From Squalus acanthias (lineage: Eukaryota), in assembly GCA_030390025.1 (NCBI GenBank), contig JASTWF010000356.1:372001-436000 (forward strand): a DNA stretch of 64,000 bases. Reading direction: 5' to 3'. Below are positions 47,401 through 60,000 of this stretch, in pieces. The first letter of the stretch is position 1. Every line of letters begins with the position of its first letter. A model generated the notes under the pieces. It made no database searches, had not been told where the DNA came from, and saw nothing but the letters and a program-made list of their open reading frames with translations. The translations under genes were made by a program, and so were the position numbers.

Positions 47401-50038
47401 CGCGTGGTTCCAATTCAAAACAACATCAAATGTGACGTCACAGGAGATCAGGTAGGTGATTGGTTGTTGAGAATTGCAGCTCTTTTTTGCTCTCTGTTGG
47501 AGAATGGAGTTAAATTAAGAGCTGAGAAACTGTAACTCGATAGTACTTATTAACATAATAAATTAAAATAAATAAACTAATCAAAAATTAAACCTAAAAT
47601 ATCGATTAAATAAAATCTTTTACCAATTAATTAATCAACAAAACAAGGTTAGAGATGGTAGGGCAGGTGGTGTGTCGTAACTGCAGCATGTGGGAGTCTG
47701 TGGAGAGCATCGCGATCCCGAGCAACCACATCTGCAGTAAGTGTCTGCAACTCGAGGAACTTCGGCTCAGAATTGTTGAGCTGGAGTACGAGCTGCAGAC
47801 ATTGCAATGCTTCAGGGAGGGGTCAGTTACCGTGACACTTTGTTTCAGGAGGCAGTCACACCCTTTCTGTTAAGTAGTACTTTAGAGTTCGTGAGTGGTC
47901 CTGGACAAGAGGGTGTGATTTCGTGTCAGGAAGGTATGTGGACCCAGGATGTAGTAATGGAGGAACCTCAGCCCTGGACTAGGTCCAACAGGTACGAGGT
48001 ACTTTCTAAATGTATGGATGAGAAAAAGGACTGCAGGGCGGATGGGAAAGCTGACCACGGCACTTTGGTACAGGGGGCCATCCAATTGGGGGGAGAAGGA
48101 AGGAATGCGGTAGTAGTAGGGGACACTATAGTCAGGGGGATAGATAGTGTTCTCTGTCACCGTGAAAGAGAGTCCCGAAGGCTGTGTTGTCTGCCCGGTG
48201 CCAGGGTTAAGGTTATCTCCCCACGGTGGAGAAGAACTTTGAGTGGGAGGAGGAGGATCCAGTTGTCGTGGTCCATGTAGGAACCAATGATATAGGTAGA
48301 ACTAAGAATGAGGTTCTGCTGAGGGAGCTTGAGGAGCTAGGTTCTAAATTAATACGCAGAACCTCAAGCGTAATACGCTCAAGATTACTACCTGAGCCAC
48401 ACGCAAATTGGCATAGGGTCAAGCAGATCAGAGAGGTCAATGCGTGGCTCAAAGACTGTTTTTGGTAAAAGGAGTTTCAATTCATGGGGCACTGGCACCA
48501 GTACTGGGGAAAGAGGGAGCTGTTCCGTCGGGACGGGCTTCACTTAAACCGGGCCGGGACCAGCGTCCTGGCGAATTCAATAACTAGGGCTATAGATAGG
48601 GCTTTGAACTAAAAAAGAGGGGAGGGGGTCAGGTGTGGGGAAATTTAGAAAACTAAAGAGAAAGGTCAAGGCAATAGAGCAATGTAGCGATTTGGGTAAA
48701 AATAAGCAGACTGTGACAGGAAGGGACAGAGAGTATAACGGTAGCAGTGCAGCGGAGAATAAGGTCAAAGCAGGGAATAATAGTAAAAAAAAATAAAGGC
48801 TCTTTATCTGAATGCACGAAACATCCGTAACAAGATAGATGAACTAGTAGCACAAATAGAGATAAATGATTGTTGATCTAATAGACATTACAGAGACGTG
48901 GTTGCAAGGTGGCCAAGGTTGGGAACTAAATGTTCCAGGTTACTTGACGTTTCGAAAAGACAGGCAGAATGGAAATGGAGGGGGAGCAGAGCTGATAATA
49001 AAGGATGACATAAGGGCAGTAGCGAGAAAGGATCTCGGCTCGGAAGATGAGGAAGTAGAATCAATATGGGTGTAGATAAGGAATAACAAGGGGCAGCAAA
49101 CACGAGTAGTAGTATATAGCTCCCCTAACAATAGCTATACCGTTGGACAGAATATTAATCAAGACATAGTAGGAGCTTGCAACAAAGGTAATGCAATAAT
49201 CTTGGGGAACTGTATTCTTCATATAGACTGGACAAATCAAATTGGCAAAGGTAGTCTGAAGGACGAGTTCATGGAATTAATTTGGGTACAATTTCCTAGA
49301 ATAATATGTCACGGAACCAACCAGGGAACAGGCTATTTTAGATCTTGTTTCTGTAATGAGACAGGGTTAATTAGCAATCTCATATTAAAGGATCCTCTGG
49401 GGCAGAGTGATCATAATATGATAGTACTTCTCCTTAATTTTGAGAGTGAATTGCCTTGGTCCGAAACAAGTCTTAAACTTAAAAAAGCCAATTACATAGG
49501 TATGATAGACGAGTTGGCTAAGATAGATTGGAAAAATAGATTAAAAGTTATGGCAGTATATAAGCAGTGGCTAGCACTTGAAGAAATATTTCATAATTAT
49601 CAACAAAAATACATTCCATTGAAAAACAAAAACTCCATGGGAAAAGTGATCCAACCATGGCAAACTGAAGAAGTTAAGGATAGCATTAGATTGAAAGAAG
49701 AAGCTTATAATGTTGCAAACATTAATAGTAACCATGCGGACTGCGAGAGTTTCATAAACCAGTAAAGGTTAACCAAAAAAATGATAAAAAGGGAAAAACT
49801 AGATTATGAGAGAAAACTAGCAAGAAATATAAAAGCAGATTGTAAGAGCATCAGCAAGTATGTAAAAAGGAAGAGAGTAGCAAAATGAAACGTTGGTCCC
49901 TTGGAGGCTGAGACAGGAGAAATTATTATGGGGAATAAGGAAATGGCAGAAACGTTAAACAAATATTTTGTATCTGTCTTCATAGTAGAATACACAAAAA
50001 GCATATCAAAAAAGGTGAGGAAACAAGGGTCTAATGAG
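46905..50038 (+). mobile_element. 5'-complete, 3'-truncated degenerate CR1: 5' UTR, ORF1 (zinc finger, leucine zipper, esterase; 47655-48612) and EN
   Basis: CRNC...HICSKC, LEELRLRIVELEYELQTL, VVGDTIVRG, VHVGTNDIG, DGLHLN; then YLNARN, ITETWLQ, SDHNM. Confidence 0.88.
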
Positions 50039-50562
50039 TTTATTCGGCCCCTCGAGCCTGCTCCGCTATTCAATGAGATCATGGCTGATCTTCTACCTCA
50101 TCTCCACTTTCCTGCACTATCCCCATATCCCTTGATTCCCTTAATATTCAAATATCTATCGATCTCTGTCTTGAATGTACTCAGCGACTGAGCCTCCACA
50201 GCCCTCTGGGGTAGAGATTTCCTGAGATTCACCACCCTCTGAGTGAAAGAATATAGACCTAGTCTACTCAATCTGTCCTGATAGGTTCCCATCCCTGGAA
50301 TCAATCTCGTGAACCTTCGTTGCACTCATTCTATGGCAAGTATACCCTTCCTTAGTTAAGGAGATTAAATCAGTACACAATAAAACAGTTTATCCTTTCC
50401 CGCAAGTCCCCGCCCGTGCACCCGGATCCGCAATGCTGAAAATGTACAGTCAGCTTCTGTGAGCAAAATTAAATAGGTATTTCCGTTACATGAGGTCAGT
50501 GATTGTAAGAAATAGTCGGGTGTGAAACAGGTCCGATCCATGTTGGAACCCAGTGTGCAAAC

Positions 50563-50651
50563 CGACCGCAAAAAGACTTGTAACTGCAATGTTCTGATTA
50601 CATTATGAAACACGCCGAAGTTAAGCACCTTGTCCATTATCTGACGCGGTC
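50563..50651 (-). pseudogene. tRNA-Arg(TCG) pseudogene with 16-nt intron-like insert (50599-50614)
   Basis: GACCGCGT...TAATGGACAAGGTGCTTAACTTCGG[cgtgtttcataatgta]ATCAGAACATTGCAG...GCGGTCG. Confidence 0.75.
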
Positions 50652-51637
50652 ACTGAGTCAGTCACATTGATTTCTTTTTGTTCTTGAAATGCCACTGAAT
50701 TAACTGACTGGAGGATTTGCTTTAACTCCACGTTGGTTGGCTCCGCTCATCCTTGGGCCGAGTGGCGAATCTATCAAACAAATTCTTCAGCAAAAACTGC
50801 AACTGAATCATTAATGCACTTCAAGGAAGGGAAACTGCCCCCTTCACTTCCTGTTATACAAGTGGCCTCAGTCCCAGTCCACTGTCATGATGATTAATCC
50901 CCTCTGATCTGGGCTGGTGAATCATTTTCAAGAAGGAGGATCATCATCTGCTCAGCGGAAAAGTCAATCTGCGGGACGTCCAGCTCTGCCAGACTGCATG
51001 TTCCTACAGACAGCTTTCCAACTGGACACAGGCACCCAACTGCCGTACGACCATTGCTGACAAGTTCAAGTCAACACTATTGGACTCTCTTTACAAAACT
51101 AGTTTTAAATCTACGATTTGTATAATCAAATAAGTGTTTGTAAAATTAAAAGCGCTATATTGTCTGATTCGCCATCTCATATTATACACTCTACCATAAG
51201 TCAACTGTAATAAAATTGATGCTTTATTTCACTGTGAGAGCGAAGAGACGTATAAGTGAAGACATTGGCCACGAATTTCCAATTTACTTGTCCTGTAATC
51301 TCAGTCTACCTTTACCAGTTTCTGCGCCGGTTGCAGTTTAGATCAGCTCTGGCGGTCCATGGAAGCCTGAGAACTCAATCAGCGACAAATCGAGAAAGAC
51401 AAGAGGCAGACACAGGGAGAGATAGAGAGAAGCATGGGGAGAAAATAACCAAAAAAAGAATATTGCAGCTTATGGGGAAATGCTTCTCGTCCATTGAAAT
51501 CTTGTAAAAGAGCATTTGGAGACAATTTAAACGTGCCTCCCTCGCTTGCGGATCTCTCAGGCTCCGAGAGAGGTAAATGCAGCCCGGCAGCTCCAGCTCT
51601 TATTTATTGGAGCATTGAACGGAGCTTTAAACAGTAT

Positions 51638-51703
51638 CGCAGTGATCAGGAAACCACGAGTGGGTTTCAAGCCCAGCGCATTAATTCAACCGGCCATCAC
51701 AGC
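51638..51703 (-). pseudogene. tRNA-Ser(TGA)-like remnant with internal deletion
   Basis: GCTGTGATGGCCG...GCGCTGGGCTTGAAACCCA...CCTGATCACTGCG. Confidence 0.6.
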
Positions 51704-51804
51704 GGCACGTGGCAGGTGCTGTGCAGCCGGGTAGCAGACAGTTGCGGTTTTGCTGCAAGATGTCACTTTCCAGCGCCGGAACCAACGATACCTATCATAA
51801 AATT

Positions 51805-51899
51805 GGACTTTGGTGAGACTCGAATCGACAACCTTTGAATGTTTCTATAGAATAGAATCAGAGAGAAGCCCAATGCGCGAGTCATTGCGTCATGAGGGC
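51805..51899 (-). pseudogene. tRNA-Arg(TCT) pseudogene, intron-containing
   Basis: ...GCAATG..GCGCATTGGGCTTCT[insert]ATTCAAAGGTTGTCGATTCGAGTCTCACCAAAGTC. Confidence 0.7.
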
Positions 51900-52886
51900 A
51901 AAATTCTCATCACCGTGTTCAGGAGAATCCTTGTTTCTGTTGAAAATGCTGCAGGAAACATGTGCAGATAACCCGTGAGTTTACACATCTTCCCGTTTGT
52001 GACAAATGACTGGCCACTGCGGTGGAACCGAGTCAGATTCTGATACGTTATTCTGTACATCAGAGTTACTGGTTGAAGAGGGAAAACGCCTCCACTCCCT
52101 CCTCTAAGTAAGTGAAACTCTCATCCGCTATTGCAACATTGGTGTTCATCGCTGTGTTATTATAAATGTGATTATTTGTATCTCTGTTTTATTTATCAAC
52201 ATATCTCTTTGTATCTGTGTTATAATTGTATTGCTGTTTATTTACGATTTAATTATAAGTAACATAGATACTAATATATACACAGAAAATACCTTTATAA
52301 CGAATACAGATGTGCCACAGTACAATTGTAAATAAAACTCTTGCATTCAAATAAATAAACACTAACACAATTAAACAAAATATATTTATATACAACAGAA
52401 CAACTCACAACTACATGTTTTACTAACACAGAGACACCAAGTTATATTTACAACTATCACAGATCAAAGAAAATGTGACTCACTCTGGTTCCTCGGCAAA
52501 GGCTTTTGTGCCTGTTTTTGCTGTGCTTGTGCTCGGTGTATGGGAAGGTTTAGCCGGGCCGTGGTATATCTTTTCCCAGGGATGGGCCGTAATGCGCTGA
52601 CTGAGGCCACATTCACTGCTCTATTTGATATATAATAATTACCTGGTTTTGGGAACACACGGCATCATTTCTAAGATTCTATGATTCTATCGATCCAGCG
52701 CCCGTTATAAACACTGCATGATATTCATTGCTTACGAAAGCGATGACAACATAATCGGTCGGTTTCTTTAACCGACCATCGATAACGATTTCCGGTTGAT
52801 TCTTGGACGCAAAGTTGATGTTTTACTCCACTGTCATCTTTCTCTTTATCTTCGTCATTTCACTCTAGCGGAATGAACTGAGTTTA

Positions 52887-53135
52887 GGTGTCAGCCGTGG
52901 CTCAGCGGTAGCAAACTCAAGCCCCACTCTAGAGACTTGAGCGCATAATCCAGACTGACACTCCAGAGCAGTATTGAGGGAGAGCTACACTGTCGGTGGT
53001 GCCGCTTTCCTGATAAGACGTTAAACCGAGGTCGCAGATCCCATGTCACTACTTCCAAAAGAGCCGAGTATTCTTCCTAATGTTGCGCCCATTATCTTTC
53101 ACTCAACCAAAGACACTAAACAGATTATCTGGTCA
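52887..53135 (+). mobile_element. Deu-domain SINE copy
   Basis: gtcagccgtggctcagcggtagc head; gataagacgttaaaccgagg core. Confidence 0.7.
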
Positions 53136-53478
53136 TTAAGATTGGTAAAAATGTTTTGAAGTTAAATTTCTTCCCAATGGATGATATTATTTTTCTGCTC
53201 AATAATCTTTATTTTTTCCCACTAGTCTATCATTCGGAGTCAATCTCTGAGGAAGGAAGAATGAAGAGAGGGAGGGAAAGTTCTATCGCCCATTCGTGAT
53301 CACTGATCCACCTTCATTGAATTACAATTGGGTGAACAATTCGAATTTTCCGTCTTAATTTTAATAGGCTAGAAACAATGCAGGTACAGAGGCCAGGATC
53401 CACACTGACAAGATTAGGAACCAAGGCCTATTTTATGTTAAATGCATGATTATCTGCAGCAAACGTTTAACACAATTA

Positions 53479-53561
53479 CTACGAATATGGGATTCAAACC
53501 CACGCGTGCAGCGCACAATGTGATTAGTAGCCCATCACCTTAACCTCTCTGCCAACTCGTC
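53479..53561 (-). pseudogene. tRNA-Ser(GCT) pseudogene (anticodon now ACT)
   Basis: GACGAGTTGGCAGAGAGGTTAAGGTGATGGGCTACTAATCACATTGTGCGCTGCACGCGTGGGTTTGAATCCCAT. Confidence 0.8.
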
Positions 53562-53795
53562 TAACATCTTCCTCACACTCAGCAATTCCATTTCCCGATT
53601 TTTGCATCCAAACAGAAATACGCTGCAAGAGAGAGCCCTTCACCGCTTTTCCTGCCCTTTCACCCAGATCGACAATGTTAAAAATGTACAATCAGCTGCT
53701 GTAAGCAAAAGGCCTTCCGTTACTTCAGGTAAAGGCCTGTCAGAAATGCTCGGTTTTAAGACAGATTCAGAAAAAGTTGCGCCCAGTAAAAGAAA

Positions 53796-53886
53796 GGACC
53801 GCGGCAGGATTCGATACTTGCAATCTTTTAATAACAATCCAGCTATCCACCGATGTTAGACGCCGTATCCATTAGACCATGCAGCC
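53796..53886 (-). pseudogene. tRNA-Arg(TCG) pseudogene with 17-nt intron-like insert (53833-53849)
   Basis: GGCTGCATGGTCTAATGGATACGGCGTCTAACATCGG[tggatagctggattgtt]ATTAAAAGATTGCAAGTATCGAATCCTGCCGCGGTC, then a T-rich terminator. Confidence 0.78.
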
Positions 53887-54000
53887 ACTGCCAAAGCCCA
53901 TCAATTGTTGTGGGGAGAACGGTGAGCAAATTCAGGGCAACAGCTCATAAAGGAGTGGATTTCGGAACATATGAACATATTTCGAATTCATGAACAGATG

Positions 54001-54082
54001 CGCTGCGAGCTGGGTTTGCACCTGCGCAGAGAAACCCAATGTAACTTCGAACAAAACACCTTAACAACTCGGTCATCACAGC
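54001..54082 (-). pseudogene. tRNA-Ser(CGA) pseudogene
   Basis: GCTGTGATGACCGAGTTGTTAAGG...TCGAA...GCGCAGGTGCAAACCCAGCTCGCAGCG. Confidence 0.75.
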
Positions 54083-54174
54083 TCAAATCGCTCTCCTTAT
54101 CAAAAGATTAACACTCAGAATGATCCGGGATTATGAGCACTCCTGGTTAAAACAAACATAGAATGATCCGAGAT

Positions 54175-54235
54175 GACAACAATCCCGATTATGATTAGCA
54201 GCGAAGTCAGACACCTTATCCATTAGGCCCAGGAC
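54175..54235 (-). pseudogene. tRNA-Arg(TCG) 5' half remnant
   Basis: GGCCTAATGGATAAGGTGTCTGACTTCG, then an insert ending GGATTGTT. Confidence 0.65.
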
Positions 54236-54707
54236 ATTTCGTGTGCAATCCTGTTATTTTGGTTCCGAAGGTCGACTCTGCTTTCGCAATGCTTGTCTGT
54301 CTAGCGGTCCCGCAGGTCTAAATGTTTCGGCTGGTTTCAAAGCACCAATTCAGCTTGGTGCGAATGGGACATGAGCCCCCAGGAACAGCGGTGGTAGCAG
54401 AGCAAACTTACGGGGTAAGTAGGTGAAAGTGGATGGTAGATTAAGGTAATGCCGCAGGAAATATACAATGAAATGGATGGAGGAAAGTAAAGGAGGGCTA
54501 TTGATTCTGGAACGAAGAAAAAGCTGGGAGAAGAGGCGGGTTTGAATTGTGGCGCATCAAGCTCAGGCATGTGAGAGCGTGGGGTTTGAAGGAGCAAATA
54601 GGTTTTCACCGCTAACAAACAATATTTGCTTCATGTAGTTAAAAAATGATTTCTCGCTACGTTTTATCTGCAGGTGCCGCCAAGAACAAAAGTTACTAAT
54701 CAAGCTG

Positions 54708-54779
54708 TGCCATACCTCGGATTCGAAGCGAGATTGTTGCGGTCACAACAGAGAAAACTAAACACTATACCTTCACCGC
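54708..54779 (-). pseudogene. tRNA-His(GTG) pseudogene
   Basis: GCGGTGAAGGTATAGTGTTTAGT...GTTGTGACCGCAACAATCTCGCTTCGAATCCGAGGTATGGCA. Confidence 0.78.
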
Positions 54780-54879
54780 ACCACACATCGGCTTCTGCGG
54801 TTTTGCTCTAACCACTGCAAAGTCACTTCAAAAAGATGGATTTCTGGTGATGAGACAAAAATGTACCGCAAGCAATTAT

Positions 54880-54958
54880 GAGCGGGGCGGAATTCGACCC
54901 TGTTCCCGCAGCGACTTGAACCTTAATCCAGATTGGACACTAGTGCAGTCGCGGTTAC
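54880..54958 (-). pseudogene. tRNA-Leu(AAG)-like remnant
   Basis: CTGGATTAAGGTTCAAGTC...GGGTCGAATTCC; 5' part very degenerate. Confidence 0.5.
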
Positions 54959-55024
54959 ACTTAAAACGAATGTAGCCCCTTCACCAAAGAAACTCATCCC
55001 TGGAGTTCATAACAGACAAAGGAA

Positions 55025-57355
55025 TGGCCCCGCTGGGAGTTGAACCCAAAATCCCCAGTTTACGAAACGGATTAAGTAGTCCATTCCGAAACTAGGGTCC
55101 TAAATCTAAATAAAGGAAACTACGAAGTTATGAGGGCTGAGTTGGGTATGATAAATTGGGGAGCTTCATTAAAAGGCATGAAAGTGGATAGGCAATGGCT
55201 AACATTTAAGGAACGAATGCATGAATTGCAACAGTTATACATTCCTTTCTGGCGAAAAAACACAAAAGGAAAAGCGGCCCAACCGTGGCTAACAAAAGTA
55301 ATTAAGAATCGTATTAGATCCAAAGAGGAATCATATAAAGTTGCCAGAAAAAGTAGTAAGCCTGAGGATTGGGAGCAGTTTAGAATTCAGCAAAAATGGA
55401 CCAATAATTGATTAAGAGGGGAAATATAGAGTATGAGAGTAAACTTGCAAGGAACTTCAAAGCGGACTATAAAAGCTTCTACAAGTATGTAAAAAGAGAA
55501 AGATTAGTGAAGACAAATTGGTCCCTTACAGTAAGAAACGGGAAAATTTATAACGGGGAACAAGGAAATGGCAGAGCAATTTAACAAATACTTTGGTTCT
55601 GTCTTCACTGAAGAGGACACAAATAACTTCCCAGAAATGCTAGGGAACCAAGGGTCTAATGAGAAGGACGAATTAAAGGAAATTTGTATTAGTAAAAAAA
55701 TAGTGCTGGTTAAATTAATGTGACTGAAAGCCGATAAATCCCCAGGGCCTGATAATCTGCATCCCAGAGAAGTAAAAGACGTAGCCGTGGAAATAATGGA
55801 TCCATTGGTTGTCAGCTTCCAAAATTCAATATATTTTGGAACAGTTCCTGCAGATTGAAGAGTGCCAAATATAGCCCTACTATTTAATAAAATGAGGGAG
55901 AGAGAAAACAGGGAACTACAGACCGGTTAGTCTAACATCAGTAATAGGGGAAAGCTGGAGTCTATTATAAAGGATGTGATAACAGGACACTTAGAAAATA
56001 TCAACGGGATTAGACAAAGTCAACATAGATTTAGGAAAGGGAAATCGTGTTTGACAAAGCTGCTGGAGTTTTCTGAGAATGTAACTAGTAGAATAGCGAA
56101 GAGAGAACAAGTGGATGTGGTGTATTTGGATTTTCAGAAGGCCTTTGATAAAGTCCCACATAAGAGGTTAGTGTGCAAAATTAAAGCACATGGGTTTGGG
56201 GGTAATATAAAGGCATAGATAGTAAATTGGTTAACAGACAGGAAACAGAGAGTAGGAATAAATGGTTCTTTTTCGGGGTGGCAGGCGGTGACTTCTGAGG
56301 TACCGCAGAGATCAGTGCTTGAGCCCCAGCTATTCACAATATATATCAATGATTTGCATGAGGGAACCAAATGTAATATTTCCAAGATTGCTGACGACAC
56401 GAAACTAGGTGGGATTGTGCATTGTGAGGAGGATGCAAAGAGGCTTCAAGGCGATTTAGACAAGTTGAGTGAGTGGGCAAATAAATGGCAGATGCATTAT
56501 AACGTGGATAAATGTGAAGTTATCCACTTCGGTGGGAAGAAACAGAAAGGTTATTGTTTAAATGGTGACAGATAGATTGGGAAATGTTGATGTACAAAGG
56601 GACCTGGGTGTTCTTGTACACCAGTCACCGAAAGCAAACATGCAGGTGCAGCAAGCTGTTAGGAAGGCAAGTGGTATGTTGGCATTCATTGCAAGAGGAT
56701 TTGAGTTCAGCAGCAAGGATGTCTTACTACAGTTATACAAGGCCTTGGTGATACCACACCTGGAGTACTGTGTGCAGTTTTTGTCTCCTTACCTAAGAAA
56801 GGATATACTTGCCACAGAGGGAGTGCAGCGGAGTTTCACCAGATTGATTCCTGGGATGGCAGGACTGTTGTATGAGAAGAGAATGGGTCGACTAGGCCCG
56901 TATTCACTACAGTTCACAAGAATGAGAGGGGCTCTCATTGAAACGTGTAAAATTCTGACAGGGCTTGACAGATTGGATGCAGGGAGGATGTTTCCCCAGG
57001 CTGGGGGGTCTAGAACGAGGGGTCACAGTCTCAGGATACGGGGTAGGACATTTAGGACAGAGATGAGTAGACATTTCTTCACTCAGAGGGTGGTTTTTCC
57101 TGTGGAATTCTCTACAACAGAAGGCTGTGGAGGACAAGTCACTGAATATATTTAAGAGGGAGATCGATAGATTTCTAGACACAAAAGGCATCAAGGGGTA
57201 TGGGGAGAGAGCGGGAATATGGTATTGAGATAGAGGATCAGCCATGATCGTGTTGAATGGCAGAGCAGGCTCCAAGTTTCGAATGGCCTAATCCTGCTCC
57301 TATTTTTTTATGTTTCTATGTTTCTAGGCGCTTTGACCAGCTAAGTCACGGGTCC
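55025..57355 (-). pseudogene. tRNA-Thr(CGT) pseudogene split by a CR1 insertion (5' part 57327-57355; 3' part 55025-55070)
   Basis: GGACCCGTGACTTAGCTGGTCAAAGCGCC // CCGTTTCGTAAACTGGGGATTTTGGGTTCAACTCCCAGCGGGGCCA. Confidence 0.78.
55071..57325 (+). mobile_element. 5'-truncated degenerate CR1 LINE (linker, RT, 3' UTR, (TATGTTTC)n tail)
   Basis: ORFs 55130-55411, 55976-56218, 56288-56575, 56562-57155. Confidence 0.92.
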
Positions 57356-58979
57356 AAATTACGCCTAACAGCTACCTGTCACTGCCTGTTGGAGTCTGAG
57401 GCTGTTTTGTATTGATCCAGCTCTCTTTTCTATTCTGCCATGTGTCCCAATACTATCTGTATGTTTATAACAAGAGATTGTTGATTTGGCGACCGCAAGA
57501 CAAGAAAGAAGGCAGACTGCACGTGGGTCACTGAGAGCGAACTGAAGGAAGCCCTCAAACCAAAACACTTGCAGCTTCATCTTTGATATCTCGGCAATGT
57601 CGGCGGAGAAGATTTGTTCAGTTTTGTTAGAAACATAGAATTAACGGAAAGAGCATGAAGTAGCATTTAATTGGAGATTCATTCTCTCTCCCCACGCAGT
57701 GAAATATAGGAGAGAGAGAGAGTGAGAACTCCAACCCCTATCTGAGCTTGGTTGCTGCTCCATATCTTCTCGCTGCCTTTCAGTCGAGCGCTGGTTCCTC
57801 TTCAAAGATTTTCAGATTTTAAACAGGAATGTCCATCACTGTGTGAGTAGAAGAGTGAGCACTTAATGATGGGTATTTGTTCAATTGCCAATTCCCCACT
57901 AGCTCCCTACCCTTTATTACCCGAAACTCTTTACAACTACAGCTAAGCACAAACTCTGACTGCAGCAGTTGACAGCTCAACCCTCATCTTTAAATTGCAG
58001 TTTAGAATATTTGATCTTAAAAGACTTTCCTTCAGTTACAGGTAGCTAATATGAGGGAAAAATAACCACTTATCGAGCAGCATCGAAGTCTCCCCTCCGC
58101 CAGCAATCTGTGCTGATGCATCGCATGGGCGCCTGCTGGGCACCTGCTGCCTCGATACATTATCGTCCTAACAGCTCTTGAAATGTCTGAGTGCAGCAGT
58201 GCGGCGCTTTTGAAGACAGCTACAAACGGCAAAATTGTTTCGCTCTCAAGTCCTCTGCTCTGCTCGCAATTGCATTGGACCTTGAAGCCGCTCTGGACAT
58301 TAATCTCACTAAAGCAGAGTGTGACCGCGGTGTGTCTGTCAGCGGGTAGGTCACGAGGCTGGGGTTGCTGTGGGTCCCTTACAATCGAGGCTGGGACACG
58401 ATGCAAGGGGGAGGGTTGCTGTGAGGTTTGGAATACATTACCAGTCGGGAGCGCGACAAATCGAAAGGAACCAAAAAAGAGAAAAAAACAGTCAGCAGAT
58501 TTGAGAATCTGTCGATCCGCTTTGGGAAAGTGAATCAGTGCAGAATGAAGGGAGAACTGTCCGATTGCCCAGAAGCTATCAAGGCACAGCTCGGTCGGCG
58601 CGTTCCCCTTGTTTACGACGCTGGAACATTCCTCACACAGAAATTATTCAACCCAGTGGAAAAAATTCTAACAGCCGATAATTTATTCTACCGATTGAAG
58701 GAATGTCGAGCGTGGTTACCGAGTGACGGTGAAGATATTCTTAACATTTGTTCCATTCAACCAAATTGTGATGGAGTTTGCTATTTTCTCATTTTATAGA
58801 CTGTATTTGAAGGGTCTCGGTAAAAATGTTCAGTGTTTCTGACAGCGGGCTATGGGTGAGCAGCTGGTGAGTGTAACAGGCTCAGGGCTGGATGCAGGAA
58901 GCTCATGAAAGTCTCTCTCTCTCTCGCTCTCTCTCTCTGATGGTGAGAGTTGATTGACAGCTGGAGGCTGTTGGTGGCT

Positions 58980-60000
58980 TGAATAGAGTCATAGAGTTAT
59001 ACAGCACAGAAAGAGGCCATTCGGCCCATCGTGTCAGCGTCGGCCATCAAGCCCTGTATATTCTAACCTATTTTCCAGCACTTGGTCCGCAGCCTTGTAT
59101 GCTATGGCATTTCAAGTGCTCATCTAAATGCTTCTTGAATGTTTTGAGGGTTCCTGCCTCTACCACCCTTTCAGGCAGTGAGTTCCAGATTCTAACCACC
59201 CTCTGGGTGAAAAAGTTATTCCTCAAATCCACTCTAAACCTCCTGCCCCGTACCTTGAAACTAGGCCCCCTGTTTATTGAACCCTCTACTAAGGGGAAAA
59301 GTTATTTTCTTTCTACCCTATCTATGCTCCTCACAATTTTGTTACATCAGGTCACCCCTCAGCCTTCTCTGCTATAAGGAAAACAACCCCAGCTTGTCCA
59401 GCTTCGCTTCATAGCTGAAACGCTCCAGCCCAGGTAATATCCTGGTGAATCTCCTCTGCACCCTCTCCAATGCAATCACATCCTTCCTATAGTGTGGCGA
59501 CCAGAACTGCACACAGTATTCCAGCTGTGGCCTAACTAGCGTTTTGTACAGCTTCATCATAGCCTCCCTGCTAAAATATTCTATGCCTCGGCTAATGAAG
59601 GCAAGTATCCCATATGCCTTTTTAACCACCTTATCTACCTGTCCTGCTGCCTTCAGGGATCTATGTACATGCACACCAAGGTCCCTCTGATCCACTGTCC
59701 TTCCTAGGGTCCTACCATTCATTGTGTATTCTCTTGCCTTGTACGTCCTCCCAAAATGCATCACCTCACACTTTTCAGAGTTAAATTCCATTTGCCACTG
59801 TTCTGCCCATCTGACCAACCCGTCTATATCGTCCTGTAGCCTGAGGCTTCCCTCCTCGCTATTTACCACTCCACCAATGTTCGTGTCATCTGCGAACTTA
59901 CTGATCATACCTCCTACATTCATATCTAAATCATTAATGTACACCACAAACAGCAAAGGACCCAGCATCGATCCCTGCCGTACACCAGTGGACACAGGCT
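58980..60000 (-). mobile_element. CR1 LINE 3' fragment
   Basis: [38 protein letters not shown]. Confidence 0.9.

Noticed and set aside
50563..55070. Calling the tRNA-like sequences functional tRNA genes
   Set aside because: All have several stem mismatches or damaged A/B boxes, so they are reported as pseudogenes.
57360..58950. Apparently unique stretch with 116-124 aa ORFs (58032-58406, 58183-58533, 58428-58799)
   Set aside because: No recognisable domain, ambiguous overlapping frames and no convincing exon structure; left unannotated.
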